A stretch of 64,000 bases of DNA from Camelus ferus (GCF_009834535.1 NC_045698.1:12588001-12652000); one strand, 5' to 3'. Numbered from the stretch's first letter, positions 48,748 through 62,756 are shown. Numbers and translations: made by a program. Notes: a model not told the origin generated them from the letters alone.

Positions 48748-50438
48748 ATGTGTAACTCCTAGCTTTCTTGCTTATGTGTCACCAAATCATCTTGGTGTCT
48801 TAGCTTATTGGATGATGATAGAGATATGTGATGTAGTCTGGATTTTGTGGTTTCCAAAGCTTGTTGAGATCACTGTACAAGAGTTTTTCTTGCCCCAGCA
48901 CTTTTTTTTTTTTTTTAGGTGATGGTGAGGACATACCAGGAAGAAGGGGAAAAGTTAGAAGTATTTGTTGATATATTTAAAAATTTTGAATTGATTGGCC
49001 ATTGCACGCCCATGGTAGAAGAGCAGTGAGGACCGCATGTAGGCAGATGTGTGTGCAAAAGCCTGCAGTGTTGCAACCTCTGTGTCAGTTACAGGGGTCT
49101 TGGAGCAGCTTCTGTTCAGCAGCTTCCTTATCAATATACTGATCTTAGGAATGGTCTTTTTTTTTTTTTTTTTTTTTGAGCTTAACAGACACAGTGTGAG
49201 CAAAGTTTTATAGGAGGATGGCATATCCCTCCTGCTGGATGGCCATCAGAGTTGAACTGGCTGCTGGTGAGTGAGGTCATCACAGGATGAGGAGGGGAGG
49301 GACAGCAGCCCTGTCCTTGGGCACTGGTGATGCTTAAGGAGTGATGGCGGTAGAGTCTGTAGAAGGTGGATCACTCAGCTGCCCTCAAACTGCTGGGGGT
49401 CAAGCAAAGCTCTTTGCATCCCTTCCTCTTGTGCACATGGCCACTCCATGGCTGGCCCTTTCATTCGGGATCCCCAAATCTTTTTCCTTCAATGTCCCCT
49501 CACTTCCCTAACCTAGAGAGATTGTTCTATGTTCTTCGGGGAGAAATCCTTTCTACCCCAGGCATGTTTCTGCCAGGGATTTCCTTCTATCATTCTGCAG
49601 TGCTCTTGACATCAATTCTGAAGGACCTTTGCTTCAGTTTGGACATCAGTCTTTAGGAAACAAAAAGCTCTGAGCTTCTCAACTCATGCAAACAGAACTT
49701 CATTAGAATGGCGTGGGATGGAGCAAGGTGCCAAGAGTTTGGGAAAGAAAAGGGAAAAACACTGGAGGGGAAAAAAGATCATTTAATATCTCAAAAGTGT
49801 TAGCCTGGCCTATGAAGATCAGGATCTCAATCCAATATTTTTCTTTCAAGTAATCCACAGAAGTCTGCTTTCCCATCAGTTCCTAAAAGAATAGCTCTTC
49901 CATTATTTGAGTGAATTTTTAATAATATTTTTTTCATAATGAGTTGAAAGTCTATCCTGAGAAAGCTGTGAGAATGCTCAAACTAAACTGCAGCCCAGAG
50001 AAGCAAGCTAAGAGGAAGGATAAACAATGACCTCCATTTAACAATGTCTCCCTCCGTTGGCCAACCTTTCCTCGTAACACAGACTCCTCTTGTAGACTTT
50101 ATCCCTTCATGCTGTTCTCTGTCCTTGCCTAGAGGCACATGGTCCCCACGTGGGATGTATGCATAAGGCTGAGTGTGGGGAAGCCAGAGGATCTCTTTGG
50201 GTGTGGGAAGCAAATATCAGGATTTACACTTTAAAAAAAATCTCATCTTTTACATTTTTCTGCTTTTTTTGATGTTAAAATATTAGTAACACAATGAACA
50301 TGCATGGAATATAAAAGTAAGTCCAGTGGTACAAGAAAAATTTTCAGGACTCCTGAGCTAGAAATCTTGCAGGTTTATATTGTCTTTTGTAAGCCTGACT
50401 TTCTAAGTCATTGGTCCTAAAAGCTTGAATTGCTTTTT

Positions 50439-50939
50439 TTTTTAATAGTTTTTTTTTTTAATTGAAGTAGAGTTGATTCACAATGTTGTGTTAGTTTCAG
50501 GTGTACAGCAAAGTGACTGTTATACATATACATATATAGAGAGATATACTTTTTCAGATTCTTTTCCATTATAGGTTATTACAAGATAATAAATATGGTT
50601 CCCTCTGCTCTACAGAAACATATATAAGTAGGTCCTTGTTTGTTTATCTGTTTTACATATAGAAGTGTGTATATGTTAATACCAGTCTCCTAACTCCCCC
50701 CACCCCTTTTCCTCTTTGGTAACTTTATACATTTGTTTTCTATGTCTGTGAGTCTATTTCTGTTCTGTAAATAAGTTCGTTTGTACCATTTTTTTTAAAA
50801 AGAGATTCCACATGTAAGTAGTACGGTGTTATGTTTGTCTTTCTCTGTCTGACTTACTTCACTTAGTATGATCATCTCCAGCTCCATCCATGTTGCTGCA
50901 AATGGCATTATTTCATTCTTTTTTATGGCTGAGGAATAC
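50439..50939 (-). mobile_element. Camelid-type L1 3' fragment
   Basis: Same 3' UTR as the other copies. TSD TGAATT(G/T)CTTTT at ~50426 and ~50940. Confidence 0.92.
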
Positions 50940-51674
50940 TGAATTTCTTTTTAAAAGTGCTGATTTCTATTCTTCCCTGCCCCTAATTATGTTTCAATTG
51001 GTCTTAGGTTGTGCCCAGTAATCTGAATTTTAAGAAGATTCCCAAATGGTTCCCGAATAGAAGTTGGAAAAGAACTCAAAGTACTAATTTCCAATTCCTC
51101 ATATTATCTCCATGTAAAACACAAGACAGCATGATTTATCTGCAGGTTTTGTCTGAGACAACTTGCCCCAGATTATAATCCTTCACATAGATTTTCTACA
51201 TTGAAGCATTGGCCCATCATATGTTCTTGGCCCCTAGATCCCAGTAGAGGAAGAAGACTATTTGAGCTATTTCTCTGTAATTTTTAAAATTCTTGCCTCT
51301 ATATGTTTTCATAGCCTGTATTGTCAGTGAGCAGTCATATCTCTGCATTTTCCCCTTGTAATTACAAACCAAGTGACAGTGACCTCAAATGATGCTCTCT
51401 TGGCCTGCTCTTCCTGCCCCAAAGGATGGTCCTCTGTATGTAGCAGACACCTCTGACATCAGAACTGTAATAGTTACATGCAGGTGTGCTCCCAGCAACG
51501 GTGGAGGCGGGGCGTGCCATAAATGAACTAAAGATGTGACCTTTTAAATATCACTTCTCTTAAGGTCTCAGATTGTGGGATGAATACTGGGAAAACGTCA
51601 TGCCAAACATCATACAGCCCAACCAGCATAATTTGCTCTATTTCCACTAATGGGGAAAACATTAGTGAGTTTTC

Positions 51675-52260
51675 TTCATTTTCTTTCTTTATTTTTTATT
51701 GAAGTATAGTTGATTTACAAAGTTGTGTTAGTTTCCAGTATATAGAATAGTGATTCAGATATATATCTATATATCTATATATATATCTATATATATATTA
51801 TTTTTCATCCTGGGTTATTACAAGCTATTGAATATAGTTCCTTGTGCTATACAGTAGGACCATGTTTATCTATTCTATGTATAGTAGTTTGTATCTGCTA
51901 ATCCCAAACTCCTAATTTATCTCTTCCCCCTACTTTATCCTTTGGTAACCATAAGTTTGTTTTCTATGCCTGTGAGTCTGTTTCTGTTTATAGCAGCACT
52001 ATTTACAATAGCCAAGACATGGAAACAACCTAAAAGTCCATCAACAGATGATTGGATAAAGATATTGTGGCATGTATGTACAATGGAATACTACTCAGCC
52101 ATAAAAAGAATGAAATAATGTCATTTGCAGCAACAAGGATGGACCTAGAGATTGTCATACTAAGTGAAGTAAGTTAGACAGAGGAAAGGGAAATATCGTA
52201 TGATCTCACTGATATGTGGAATCTAAAAAAAATAACACAAATGAACTTATTTACAAAACA
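51675..52260 (-). mobile_element. Camelid-type L1 with 5' inversion (twin priming): 51675-51989 minus, 51990-52260 inverted
   Basis: The minus-strand 3' UTR switches at 'ctgtttctgttt|atagcagcactatttacaatagccaagacatggaaacaacc' to plus-strand L1 ending 'aacttatttacaaaaca'. Confidence 0.92.
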
Positions 52261-52607
52261 TCAGTGTTTTTACTGTAAGTTATTTCCCCTTTCCACAGAG
52301 CCTAGCAAAGGAAACATCAGGAAAATAGGAGAAGGGGGATTAGTTGTGCAATATAGAAGCCATAATCTCACCTTGTGATATTCAAACTGGGATGTGCCTA
52401 CCTCGTGCAGTAAGAGCAGACTTTCCAAGTATTGGATGGAATCCCTGAGAGCTTTTAATGGATTTAGATTCTAGACCCTCTACTTCCAAATATTCTTTTT
52501 CTAGGGAAATGATCTGCCTCAGCACACGTTATGGAAGGTGCTCAGTCCTTCTCCTTTCCACCTCTCTTCTCACATCTCGTTTTTGCTGCTTTATGAAGAA
52601 GAGCATG

Positions 52608-52724
52608 GATGGTGGTGATTGTTTTGCAACAGACAAATGTATCAAATCAACACATTGTACACATTAAACTTAGACATTGTTATGTGTCCATTGTATCTCA
52701 ATAAAGCTGGAAAAAAAGAAAAAA
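52608..52724 (+). mobile_element. Short L1M 3' end
   Basis: 'gtggtgattgttttgca...tgtatcaaatcaacacattgtacac...tatctcaataaagctggaaaaaaa'. TSD AAGAAGAGCATG / AAGAACTGCATG. Confidence 0.82.
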
Positions 52725-55700
52725 AAGAACTGCATGTCCCTTTCATATAATAATTCTTATATGTGGCCTTTTTCACCATGAAAAAATTTCAGTAAGGCAA
52801 CACAACGCATTATGTTGGTGTCAGATAAGTTTCTTTTAATCCAGACACCAAAACCTTGCCTATCCATTTTATTAAGAGAAGCTATTTCCCCCGATTTTAC
52901 TTTTTATTCTTACTAGTTATAAAAAATTTTATGTTGTTTAATTAATTATGGACTAATAATAACATCAAATTGTGACTTAGAACTATATGAGCACAATGAC
53001 TTAAACACTGTATACATTTAAAAGTATCTGCATATATTTGATCATTTATGATTGAGTGATCAATAAAAGGCATTCAGATGGAAAAATAGATCATCTTATA
53101 GTAAGTTGTGTGGAAAAATGAAAGAAAAATAAGATTTCAAGGAGAAAGGGAATAATGTACAATTTGTGACTTTTACAAAATAGCTTATTCACATGTTTTG
53201 AAAATGAATGATGGTAAATTACTCTGATATTTAAATGAACAGTTTTTAAAAATATCACAATTGAACTAGGATTCTAGAAATTCTATCCTTTGAAACCATT
53301 TAAACTAACAATAAAAAAAATTTAGACGTCACCCTAAAATGTGGTCTGTCATCAAAAGTTTGAAGGTCTAACCACTTGCTAACAACTTTCATACTTGTTG
53401 CTGGAGGCGTTATATAATAGGCTTACTTTTCTTTCCAATTATTGCTCTGGTTTTAGTTTAGTGGTGGGTCTAAAATTTTTCCCATGAATTCTTAAGTTCC
53501 AGAGAATGAGGGAACTTGAATTCTTAGATGCTGATGGAAAAGAGCTAGTAAAGACAAAGAGATGGAAGATAAAGATGAGAGAAGGAGCTCTGATGGACCA
53601 AGGCTCTGGAGGAGGTATGTGTGAAGGGATGGAATGCATTGAACAAGAAGAGATGTGCCTTTTTTTTCCTGCCTCTACTGTGAAGGAAGTGAAATAAACA
53701 TGGCTATAGCTAACTTTATAGTGATGATGGTGGTGATGGACGATCTGAATATTGTTTAGCTAATAAAGGCAAATTGCCTCAATTTTCTTGTTGAATGTAG
53801 AAGCAATTTTTTTGAGGGTGAGGATGGCAGAAGTTGGGTAGTGGGCAGGCAATGTACTAAGGTTTGGATGGAGTTGCTTTCCCCAAGAAATTGTGAAATT
53901 GTGCCACCGAGCATTGGTTTGCCTCCTTACCACGGTGATTTTTATGTGAATCAAATATTGGACTTACTCTTTTACATCTAATTTTTTTTTTTAAATTACA
54001 TCTAATTTTTAATGACATTTTGCTTGTAGGAAAGAGTCCTGTGGATTTGCAATTCTTTCCCCCCAGCTGTTGATCTGTAAGCATTCTCATAGCAGTTGAT
54101 TGTCTCTGGATTTGGAGGACTTCCCTCTTTTCACCTCCTTCTTTCTGTTCCAATAAGAAAGAGAAAACCTATGGAGTCATGTGTCTGGTGTACATTCTTC
54201 GCTCAGAGTCAATCCACAGCCTTCTGTGGGGCTTTGTGAATCCCAGGGCCCTCAGGGCTCTGCACCAATCTGTTAAAATGCAGAACTGGAGGGACCTTGG
54301 GGGTTACTGAATGGGAACTTGTGTGCATTTGCAGCACAATGGGGCTGTAGGCTCCCAGGCAGAGGTTTACACCTGTGTCTCAGAGAGAGCAGGAGCTGGT
54401 GCGATTAGCTGATGTTTTGTGCCCAAGACATTTGTTCCTGCCTGTTAGTCTCTTAAGCATGACCCTTGTAACACTCCTGCCCTCATGCTTTACCCCATGT
54501 TACCCCTTTCTTCTGAACCATTCTCTATGCCAAGGATTCAGCACAGAATGTTAGGACTGAAAATGAAGCAGTTAACAGCACAGCTTCCCTATCACTCTGG
54601 GGCTCAGAAACAGAAAGCTTTTTCTTGGTCTCAGATTAAAAAAATCTTTATCTTAGCTTTTCTTTTTAATAAAAAAAAAATTGTACCTGGTATTAAGTTT
54701 TGGTTGAGAGTGCAAGCGTCCAATATACATTTTAGATGAATTGTTACATAATGTAACATACATATTATTTGTTTATGGTCCGCCTCCTCTGCCTGACCCT
54801 ATGCAATGCTTGTTATGGTGACAGGCATGTCATGGGCTTAATAACTGTAGAATGTAGAGCATATTGTTTCTGATCATAATAATCTATTCTTAGAGAAGTG
54901 TGATGAATCTTGTTACCCTGAACCCTGGGCATTTCAGGTGAGCAGAAGATTGAATTTGATTTAATTTAGAAAAGGGCTATTTGATTGGTTTGCAGCTGCG
55001 AAATATAGGCTGACCCTCAATTCCCAGCTCGCTAAAGCAAGGGAACTGATGTTGGACCTGTGACCTTGGAAAAGGTTTTGTTACGGGAAACAAAGAGATG
55101 CTCTGTGGCAGAGTCTCCCTGACCAGCTCTCCAGGTCTTCCCCTTTCTCACTTCTTTTGTGTTCTCTGGACTTGGACTTGAGAGCAGATTTGACGATCTT
55201 TTTTTTTTTTTTTTTTTTAAACATAAGACCACGTGGGTGCAAATCAAAAGCCACAGATCCCTGAATGCAAGAAATGTAACTTAATTTATTTTTCTATAAT
55301 GGAATTTAATTCCCATTATGAGCCTTCACTCTACCAGGCAGCAAAACCTTTAAGTCAATTTAGCAACCCTCCTGCCTGCATCCCACAGTTGTATGGGGTC
55401 CAAACTAATTTCCAAGGGGCTTTAGGATATGTCTCTGCCCGGTGGGGATCGGGGTGGGGGGGGATCTGGCTGTCCCCATCACCAATCCACATCACCCTCT
55501 GCTGGGAACACTCATTCCTGCCTGCTTTGGTTTATTCAGATTGCCCTTCTTTTGAGTTCTGTGGCTCTGATTCCAAATCCTGCCCAGCATGGCCTACCAA
55601 ACAGTCCTCCCTTGCCTCCAGCAATCTACCGGCCCTACCTCATCTATGTGTCACCGTCCTGTCCTGCTCTTCCCTTACTTGCTGACACCCCAGTCAGTCA

Positions 55701-55989
55701 CATCTGAGGTCCTAGTTGTCCCAGGATCTATTGACCCTTCCAGGAAGGGTGTCCTTTGGGGGACAGGAAGGACATGAGGGTCTCAGGCATGCCTTAGCTT
55801 CGAGTTCTCCTTATTAACTCTAAATCTTTCTTTTTCCTTCTTCTTCTTGCCTGAGAAGACAGCATCTCATCTTGGGGTCAGAAAAATAACCTCGGGCTGA
55901 GTACTGCTCCTAAGTGTTTTAGGCCTGGACCGAGGCTTCTGAAACTCAAAGCCTGAGCCTACCTTCTGTCCTTCTGTCCTTCTCTATCC

Positions 55990-56198
55990 CATTAACTGGT
56001 TTTATTGCTCTCCATCATATTTTCATCAGTTGATCTTTAAAACAAAAAAAAAAAAGTTTTGCTCATTGACTTCTCCCTACCAAAATATAAAAGTCTATGA
56101 AGATAGAGATTATTTTCAGCACTGAGGACAGGGTCTTGCATATAGACGGTGCTCAATAAAAATTTACTGGACAAAATAATGGATGAATAAATGAGTGA
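55990..56198 (+). mobile_element. L2 3' end
   Basis: 'cagcactgaggacagggtcttgcatatagacggtgctcaataaaaatttactgga...gatgaataaatgagtga'. Confidence 0.7.
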
Positions 56199-59100
56199 AG
56201 TTGATCCCTGTGTCCTTCCGACTTATTCCTTTTCTGAAGCAGTGTCACAGCCTGAGCTGGGGGGAGGGCGACAAGGCCACAGAGCCCAGAAAAAATAAAC
56301 TTAGTTAGTATCTCAAAATGTTCTCATTACATATATATACAAGATGATAACAATACTATTTAGTTTATTATGCGATGGAGCTGATGTTTTCCTAAAGGTA
56401 GATGAAATCTCTTCCTGGTTCCTTTCTGGTGGGTAGATTTCATTTCCTGATGTGCTTGCCAGGAAGAACTTGGCAGAGATTTGGAATGTAGCTCGACCAT
56501 TCATCTTGGGATAGCTCAGTGGAGATTTTCACTCCCAGTTAAATTCATGCGTTCTAGCCCAAGTCACTGCAAAGTCCTTGTTTACATTCCTCTTAGAAAC
56601 TCTTGATACAGCTGGTTGCAAAAGTGCTGCGGAATGCAATGAAATATAAAAATGAAGACACGAGTGGGAAATGGACTTGAAGTTCATGGTAGTGTTTTTT
56701 TTTTTTTTTCCCTACCCAATATATTAGTAAGGAAAACACACGTATAGATAGATTTAGTTTTACAGAAATGATATTTTTTCTAAACTACTTTGCTCTTAAT
56801 AGAACAGTAGCTCCGATTTTTTTTCTCTGAATCTTAATTGAGTGTTAAAGGCCATAAATATTTTGAAAAGATTTACTGATTCACTCATCTGTCTCCAGCT
56901 GAGATAGAAGACATCAAAGGCATAAATTGAGGAAAACCAGGGCGAATCCCTCAGGTCATAAGTCTTAGTGAAAATTCTCCTGGGTTACAGACAGGAGAAA
57001 GATTTGGAGTTCCCTTTGAGAGTAAGTACAACTTTCTCATAGATTATAAGCACTGGTAAGATTAATATTTTAAGTCATCTGTTTATTTTTGATACTAAAT
57101 GATTACTTTTCACTTAGGGAACTAATTTTTTTTTAGTCATTTAAAAATACTTGGCAAAAACAGACCCATCAGTCACAAGTTAGATAGTGGAGATTGAAAA
57201 TGTAGCTCAGTTTTGCAGATTCTGGGCCGTTTGAAGATCTATTTCGAAGAAAAATGATGTGCTGTCCACATAATTCAAGCTCTAATCAAGTCTCTCCTTT
57301 CTGGTAACTCCTGATTCAGATGTTTTTCATTTTATGCCATGCTGCTCCCTTGAAGATGCAACTAAACCAGATCATCTTTTAAATGTACTGAAAGCACTGG
57401 CTGTAATAAATCACGAAAGGAGATCTCTTCTCCAAACTGAATCACTGCCTCTAATGCAGCTGACTTTTAAATTTGAATTCCCCGAGGCTTGACTTAAAGC
57501 TTGGCTCAGGGCCAGGCTGCCATTAGGAGATTTGTGTGGTGACTCAAATACACTCTGTGTAATTGCCCGCAGGCTTGCAAATGGTCCCAACAAAAGGACT
57601 AGACACATTTTTATATAACTTTGTAGGAAATAAAGACACACTATGGAAATTTTATTACAATAGCCACTTTCCATTAGCTTTTATTGCTCATGTGCGTATA
57701 AGAAAAGTAATCATACAGATGTAATTAAATTGGGCAGAAAAATTTCTACCCTTTTTGTTTTTTTTCTCATTATAGAGAAGGCTCAGACAAGGGATCTCTT
57801 TGTCATGTGGTCACACAAATCGTGAGATTTTGACTATACACTCCTTATATGCCTGAAGATCATCTTCTTGACCTCTTTTCATTGCCAAATGGAGCCATTT
57901 ATCAATGAGATGTTCTATGAGCTGGTAGGAAAGACATGTTACAGGGTCTCTATGCTTTGATTGCTGTTCTCTGGTTCTTCATAAAAAAAAAAAATGCAGA
58001 CTTGCCCAAAGGTTCAGCTCACTGTAGGTGCTCAGTACTGCTGTTTGTCCTTGGGGACTGTCGTTTCCTGATTATCTGGAATTTGGGAAAGCAGATTTTC
58101 CAGTGAGAATTTCCCTTTGAAATCAGCTGATGAGGGATTAAAATAATATTATACAAAGGATTGTTAAAAGAGATAGAATGGATCCTTGGACCCTCTAACC
58201 CAGTGAAAGCATCCTTTATTAGCTGTGTTACGCCGTCTTTCTGCAGGGAGGTTCAGCCCACTTGGAAGCTTGGATAAAAGAGGAGTCACAAGGCAGACAG
58301 GGTGTTACCCATCTAAGCACCATCCAGGGAAAGCGAGTTTTCATCAAGAAACCTCAAGCGCCAAGGACCCAACTGATGCCCCTGTCCCTGTTCCAGAGGC
58401 CATAGCTCAACAGCATTAAACTTCCTATTAATATTACTCCTTGTGTTCTGAGTCCGACCTCACCATGCCACTTACCGAAGACAGTTTTCTTTCTCTTGTA
58501 GGTTTGCATGGCATTTCTGAGTTCAGTGAGTCAACGGACTGTTGATGTATGTCTGACTATTTGCTCCTCTTAACGTATTTGGTTTCTTGTGAATATGCAT
58601 CTGACAGACAACAGATCTCATGTCCAGCATACAGAAAATTCATTTTCTTATTTGTTCGGTCAGCGAGGACCCATTGTGCACTCACTATGGCTAACGCCAA
58701 GTCAGCATGTCCTCTTGGGAGAGATCGAGGATGCCCCACTGGCTCCGTGCGTTTCCACTAGGAAATATCTTCGAGCCCGTTCCCCTTCTCCCTCCCCAAC
58801 TTAGTCTTTCTCAGGTTTTGATGTGGCCCTGTTGTTGCCAGATGCTCATGCAACCGCTGAAAGGCTTTGATAATTTTCATTAGCTTCCTGGGTGGCAAAA
58901 TGAGGAATGGGATTGAGCTCTGCTTTGCAGATGAAGCTTTTGAAAACTCTGAATTTCAAATGGCCCTCTATTCTCACTCCCAGGGCTGCAACTTCTTTGG
59001 TGGTTGGCTCTTGGATTTTGGGAAAGATTCCTTAACACACAACAATATTTGGACTAATGGCTGTAAAACCTTGGGGCCATCTTGGAGTTAGAAGGAGCCT

Positions 59101-59579
59101 GAGAGATTATCTGGAAAAGCATTTACATTTCTGAAAGAAAACTGAGGTTCAGTGGTAAAGTCACTTGGCCCGGAACATGCAGCCTGATTTGATTTACTTC
59201 TTGTGACTTGGAGCAAATTTCCAGAAGGTGTTCTCTTGATCATGGGTGCTTCTAACGTGGACAGTGATACTCCTCAAATTATTAAGATTCAGTTCTGGCA
59301 AACTCAAATTTACTCAAATTTTGGTAAAAAATACATAGTATAATTTTGAAGAAATATTGAAGATTACATATAACAGAAAATATCGAGCACCGAAGTGGTC
59401 TAGTTCTGATGAACGTGATGAATCAATAGGGCAGCCGGCTCAAGAAGAGGGCTTGTGGCTCTGCCATTGTTGTTTCTGTAACTCTGCACATGTTGTTGCA
59501 TCAACTGGCTGTTCACTGCTATTTGTGTCATTCAGCTTTATTGCTGTCCAGTCGTGACTGAGCGCCTCTAAGAGGTACC

Positions 59580-60143
59580 TGTGGTCCGCTGGCTTCTCAG
59601 AGGGCCCACAATGATCACCATTTCCTGATTCCATGGCCTTGTGTTACCCTCACCCCTTGAGGTTTGGCCAAACCTGGTGACTTGCCTCCAACCAACAGAC
59701 TCTGGCAAAGGCCAGGGGATACCTCCTCGAGGAATAGGTTACAAAGAATTTTGACTTCCATGTTGCTAGTTGGCTGTCTTCGTTGCCTTCTTGGCTTGAA
59801 CACATTGATGAAGCAAGCTGCCGTGATGGAGAGGCCAATGTAACAAGGAACTCAGGGTGGCCTGTGACCAGTAGCTGTGAGGAATGGGATCCTAAGTTCA
59901 ACCAACTTTGGGGAACCAAATCCTGGAAGCCATCACATGAGCTTGGAAGCAGATTTTTTTTCCATCTGAGCCACAGCCCAGTGTACACCTTGACTGCAGC
60001 CCATGAGGAATCCTGAAATGAATGGATGCAGTAAAACCGTGCCCAGATCCCAGCCCATAGAAGCTATGAGATAAGAAATGTGTGTTGTTTTAAGTTGGTA
60101 CATTTTGGGAGTAACTTGTTATGCAGCAATAGATAACTAATAT
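59580..60143 (+). mobile_element. MaLR solo LTR (MLT1E/F-like)
   Basis: 'ggcccacaatgatcacc...tgatgaagcaagctgccgtgatggagaggcc...tgagcttggaagcagat...atgagataagaaatgtgtgttgttttaag...ttgttatgcagcaatagataactaata'. Confidence 0.88.
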
Positions 60144-60449
60144 GATAGCAAAAAGGGGTAAGACAAGTTCATAAACATAAATCACTTTTAAATGCGTTGC
60201 TGGCCACACCCATTTTAGCATTACACAAGACCTTGGCAATTTCAGCGTGAAGGGCAGTTTGAATGAAGACGCATTCAGACAAGAACATGCAAGACTCCTC
60301 GCTACCTTTTAAGTCTACAGGGACAATGAAGCGGCATTTGTGAGTTAATATAAAATTTGAATTGCATCAGATTTTCCAGATTAAAGTAATTGTGAAATGT
60401 GAGGAGAAGAGGAAATAATACATGTGTGTGCATCATATTAATAATTACA

Positions 60450-60590
60450 CAAATCATCATAGCAACTATTTATTGAGAACTTGACATATGCAAGGTGATG
60501 TGTTAAGTAACTATGAATCTCATTTCATTAATTCTCTCACCAGCTCTAAGATCGAGGTAGATTATCTTGATTTTTCAGCTGACAAATTTC
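60450..60590 (-). mobile_element. MIR fragment
   Basis: 'atagcaactatttattgagaacttgacatatgcaagg...atctcatttcattaattctctcaccagctct...aggtagattat'. Confidence 0.6.
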
Positions 60591-61271
60591 CCAACAGCTA
60601 GCATGCATTCAGCAGCGATGACATTGGGACGCATTGTGTCTTGCTTAAAAGCTTGTGTTCACAGTTTCCAAGCTTGAAAAGTTGTCTAAAGTGACACCCA
60701 TTTCTCTCCTCTGCTTTGTTCAACCAATGGTAGCAGGTCATTAAAAATGCTACCTTTGTTGAGTAGAAAACAAAACCAGAACAACCCAAAACTTCTTTGC
60801 TCTAAAAGCCACTAATTTCCCAAGGTCATGTTTGCAATTAATCATATTCTGTTTGGTGATATATATATATTTTTAATGCATATCTTGTCATGTTAGTTTT
60901 ATTATTGTTTGACCTTTTTATCCCACAAATTTTGCTGTATTTATAATTAAGTTCCTTAAGGGCAGGACTACTTTTTTTTGTACTTCAGTGTCCCCAGCCA
61001 TGTCTGGTACTGTACTGTGCAAATGATAAGCATGCAATAAATCTTTTCTGTTGGGCTTGAAGAACTCTGAAATGAATACAATGTTAAGCTGAGAGAGTGT
61101 TTCTTTCTAGGCAGTCCCGTCAGCTTTGCATAAGGCGCCAGGGTTGTCAGGCACGGGCTATAGTTTGGGGTTGGGCTGAGAATCAGGACATGTTCCAACA
61201 AGATCAGCCCTACTGTTCTCTCAGGTACAGCCTTGCTGCTGGACCACTTCTGAGAGGGTTTGCAGGTTAAT

Positions 61272-61376
61272 TAAGGTAACTAACCATCCTACTTTTCCCA
61301 GGACTGAGGCGTTTCCCAGGATTTTCAGTTCTAAGACTAGGAAAGTGCTAGACGAACTGGGATGAGCTGATCATCT
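61272..61376. mobile_element. MER94/MER81-like hAT-Blackjack MITE
   Basis: 'aaggtaactaaccatcctacttttcccaggactgagg...ttttcagttctaagactaggaaagt...aactgggatgagctgatcatct', with imperfect TIRs. Confidence 0.65.
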
Positions 61377-61388
61377 CAACAGGAATGT

Positions 61389-61745
61389 CATTATGGACTG
61401 AATGTCTGTGTGCCCCTCAGATTCATATGTTGAGGTCCTAACACCCAGTGTGACTGTTTTTGGAGAAAGGAAGTAATTGAGGTTAAATGAAGTCATTAGG
61501 GTGGGGCCCTGATCCAATAGGATTAGTGTCTTTATAAGAGCCACCAGAGAGCCTCTCCCCCTACCATGCGAGGGCTCAGTGAGAAAGCAGCCATCTGAAA
61601 ATTCGAAAAGTGACTCTCACCAGAATCCAACCAGGCTGGCACCCTGATCTTGGACTTCAGCTGCTTCTAGAACTATGAGAAATAAATGTGATTGAAGCCA
61701 CCCATCTATGGTACTTTATTATGGCATCCCGAGCTGAGTAATACA
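61389..61745 (+). mobile_element. MaLR solo LTR (MLT1A0-like)
   Basis: 'ttatggactgaatgtctgtgtgcccctcagattcatatgttgagg...gggtggggccctgatccaataggattagtgtctttataaga...ccgagctgagtaataca'. Perfect TSD AATGT (61384-88 / 61746-50). Confidence 0.92.
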
Positions 61746-61819
61746 AATGTGCATTTGATGGGGAGAAGTGCTGGTCTTGCTTCATTTATGTGGTTTGTCT
61801 TTTCTGTGAATTTAAACCC

Positions 61820-61865
61820 AGCCAACCAACCAACTAACCAACCAACCAACCAACCAACCAAACAG
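61820..61865. repeat. (CCAA)n microsatellite
   Basis: Directly visible. Confidence 0.9.
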
Positions 61866-62756
61866 CCAGCTTCTTTCTGAGTATCTTAAGAGTGTAGAGG
61901 AATACACTTTTCATAAGTGGTATATGTTTCCTATCAGAGTTGTTAGCTAGATTTAAACAGCCACTTTTAAGGTGGAAGATCTAACAGTATTTTAAAGATC
62001 ATTATCATCAACATTTGTCTGCAATGTGCAGACAGAGCCCCTGGGTCTTTTCCATGTTACAGATCTCCTTTGAAGTCCTGGAGACTTTTGCCCATTGAGC
62101 AGCTATATAGGGTGCAGAGAGGAACAAAACCAGGGAATCAGCATGAACTGCAGGTCTGAGGGAGCTGTATCAAAAGCTCACACGCCAGGCTATTTAATTT
62201 GTTGGCCCGCTCGGTAGAAAGATACCTGCTGGGCAGGGTGGGTTTGAAGAATCAGATGGAGAGAAATATAAATGAATATAATTCACACTATTATTTCTTG
62301 GCAGCACTCATACGTGGATAAGAATTTTTTTTCTACCCCAGAGCTGGCATTATCTCTCTTGCCACTTTCTCTGAGTTAGTACCCTGGCAGCTGAGAGGTG
62401 CTGGAGAAAATCACACAATTGAGCGGACTGGTTTCTTTTTTTAGTTCAGGTTATTTTAAACTTTTAATTGGCATCGCTTGATAGTTCTGTGTTTCTCTAG
62501 ATGTTCTTTCCCATTCACTCAGGTTGTTCTTTCATGCCTTCCTCTTGCCCCTAAGCCATCACATCTTCTCCTTTCGCAGATGACTTTTCCTCATTCTTCA
62601 CAGAGATTTTTTTGAAATGCTGTTGGGCCTAATCTTGCAACTTGTCATCACCCATGAGAGTAATCCACCCTCACCTGTTATGGTGGAGAAAACAAATGTT
62701 CTCTCTTCCTCCAAAACAAATCAGCTCTTGTGAGCTCAGTCTGCTTTTTTGTTCTA

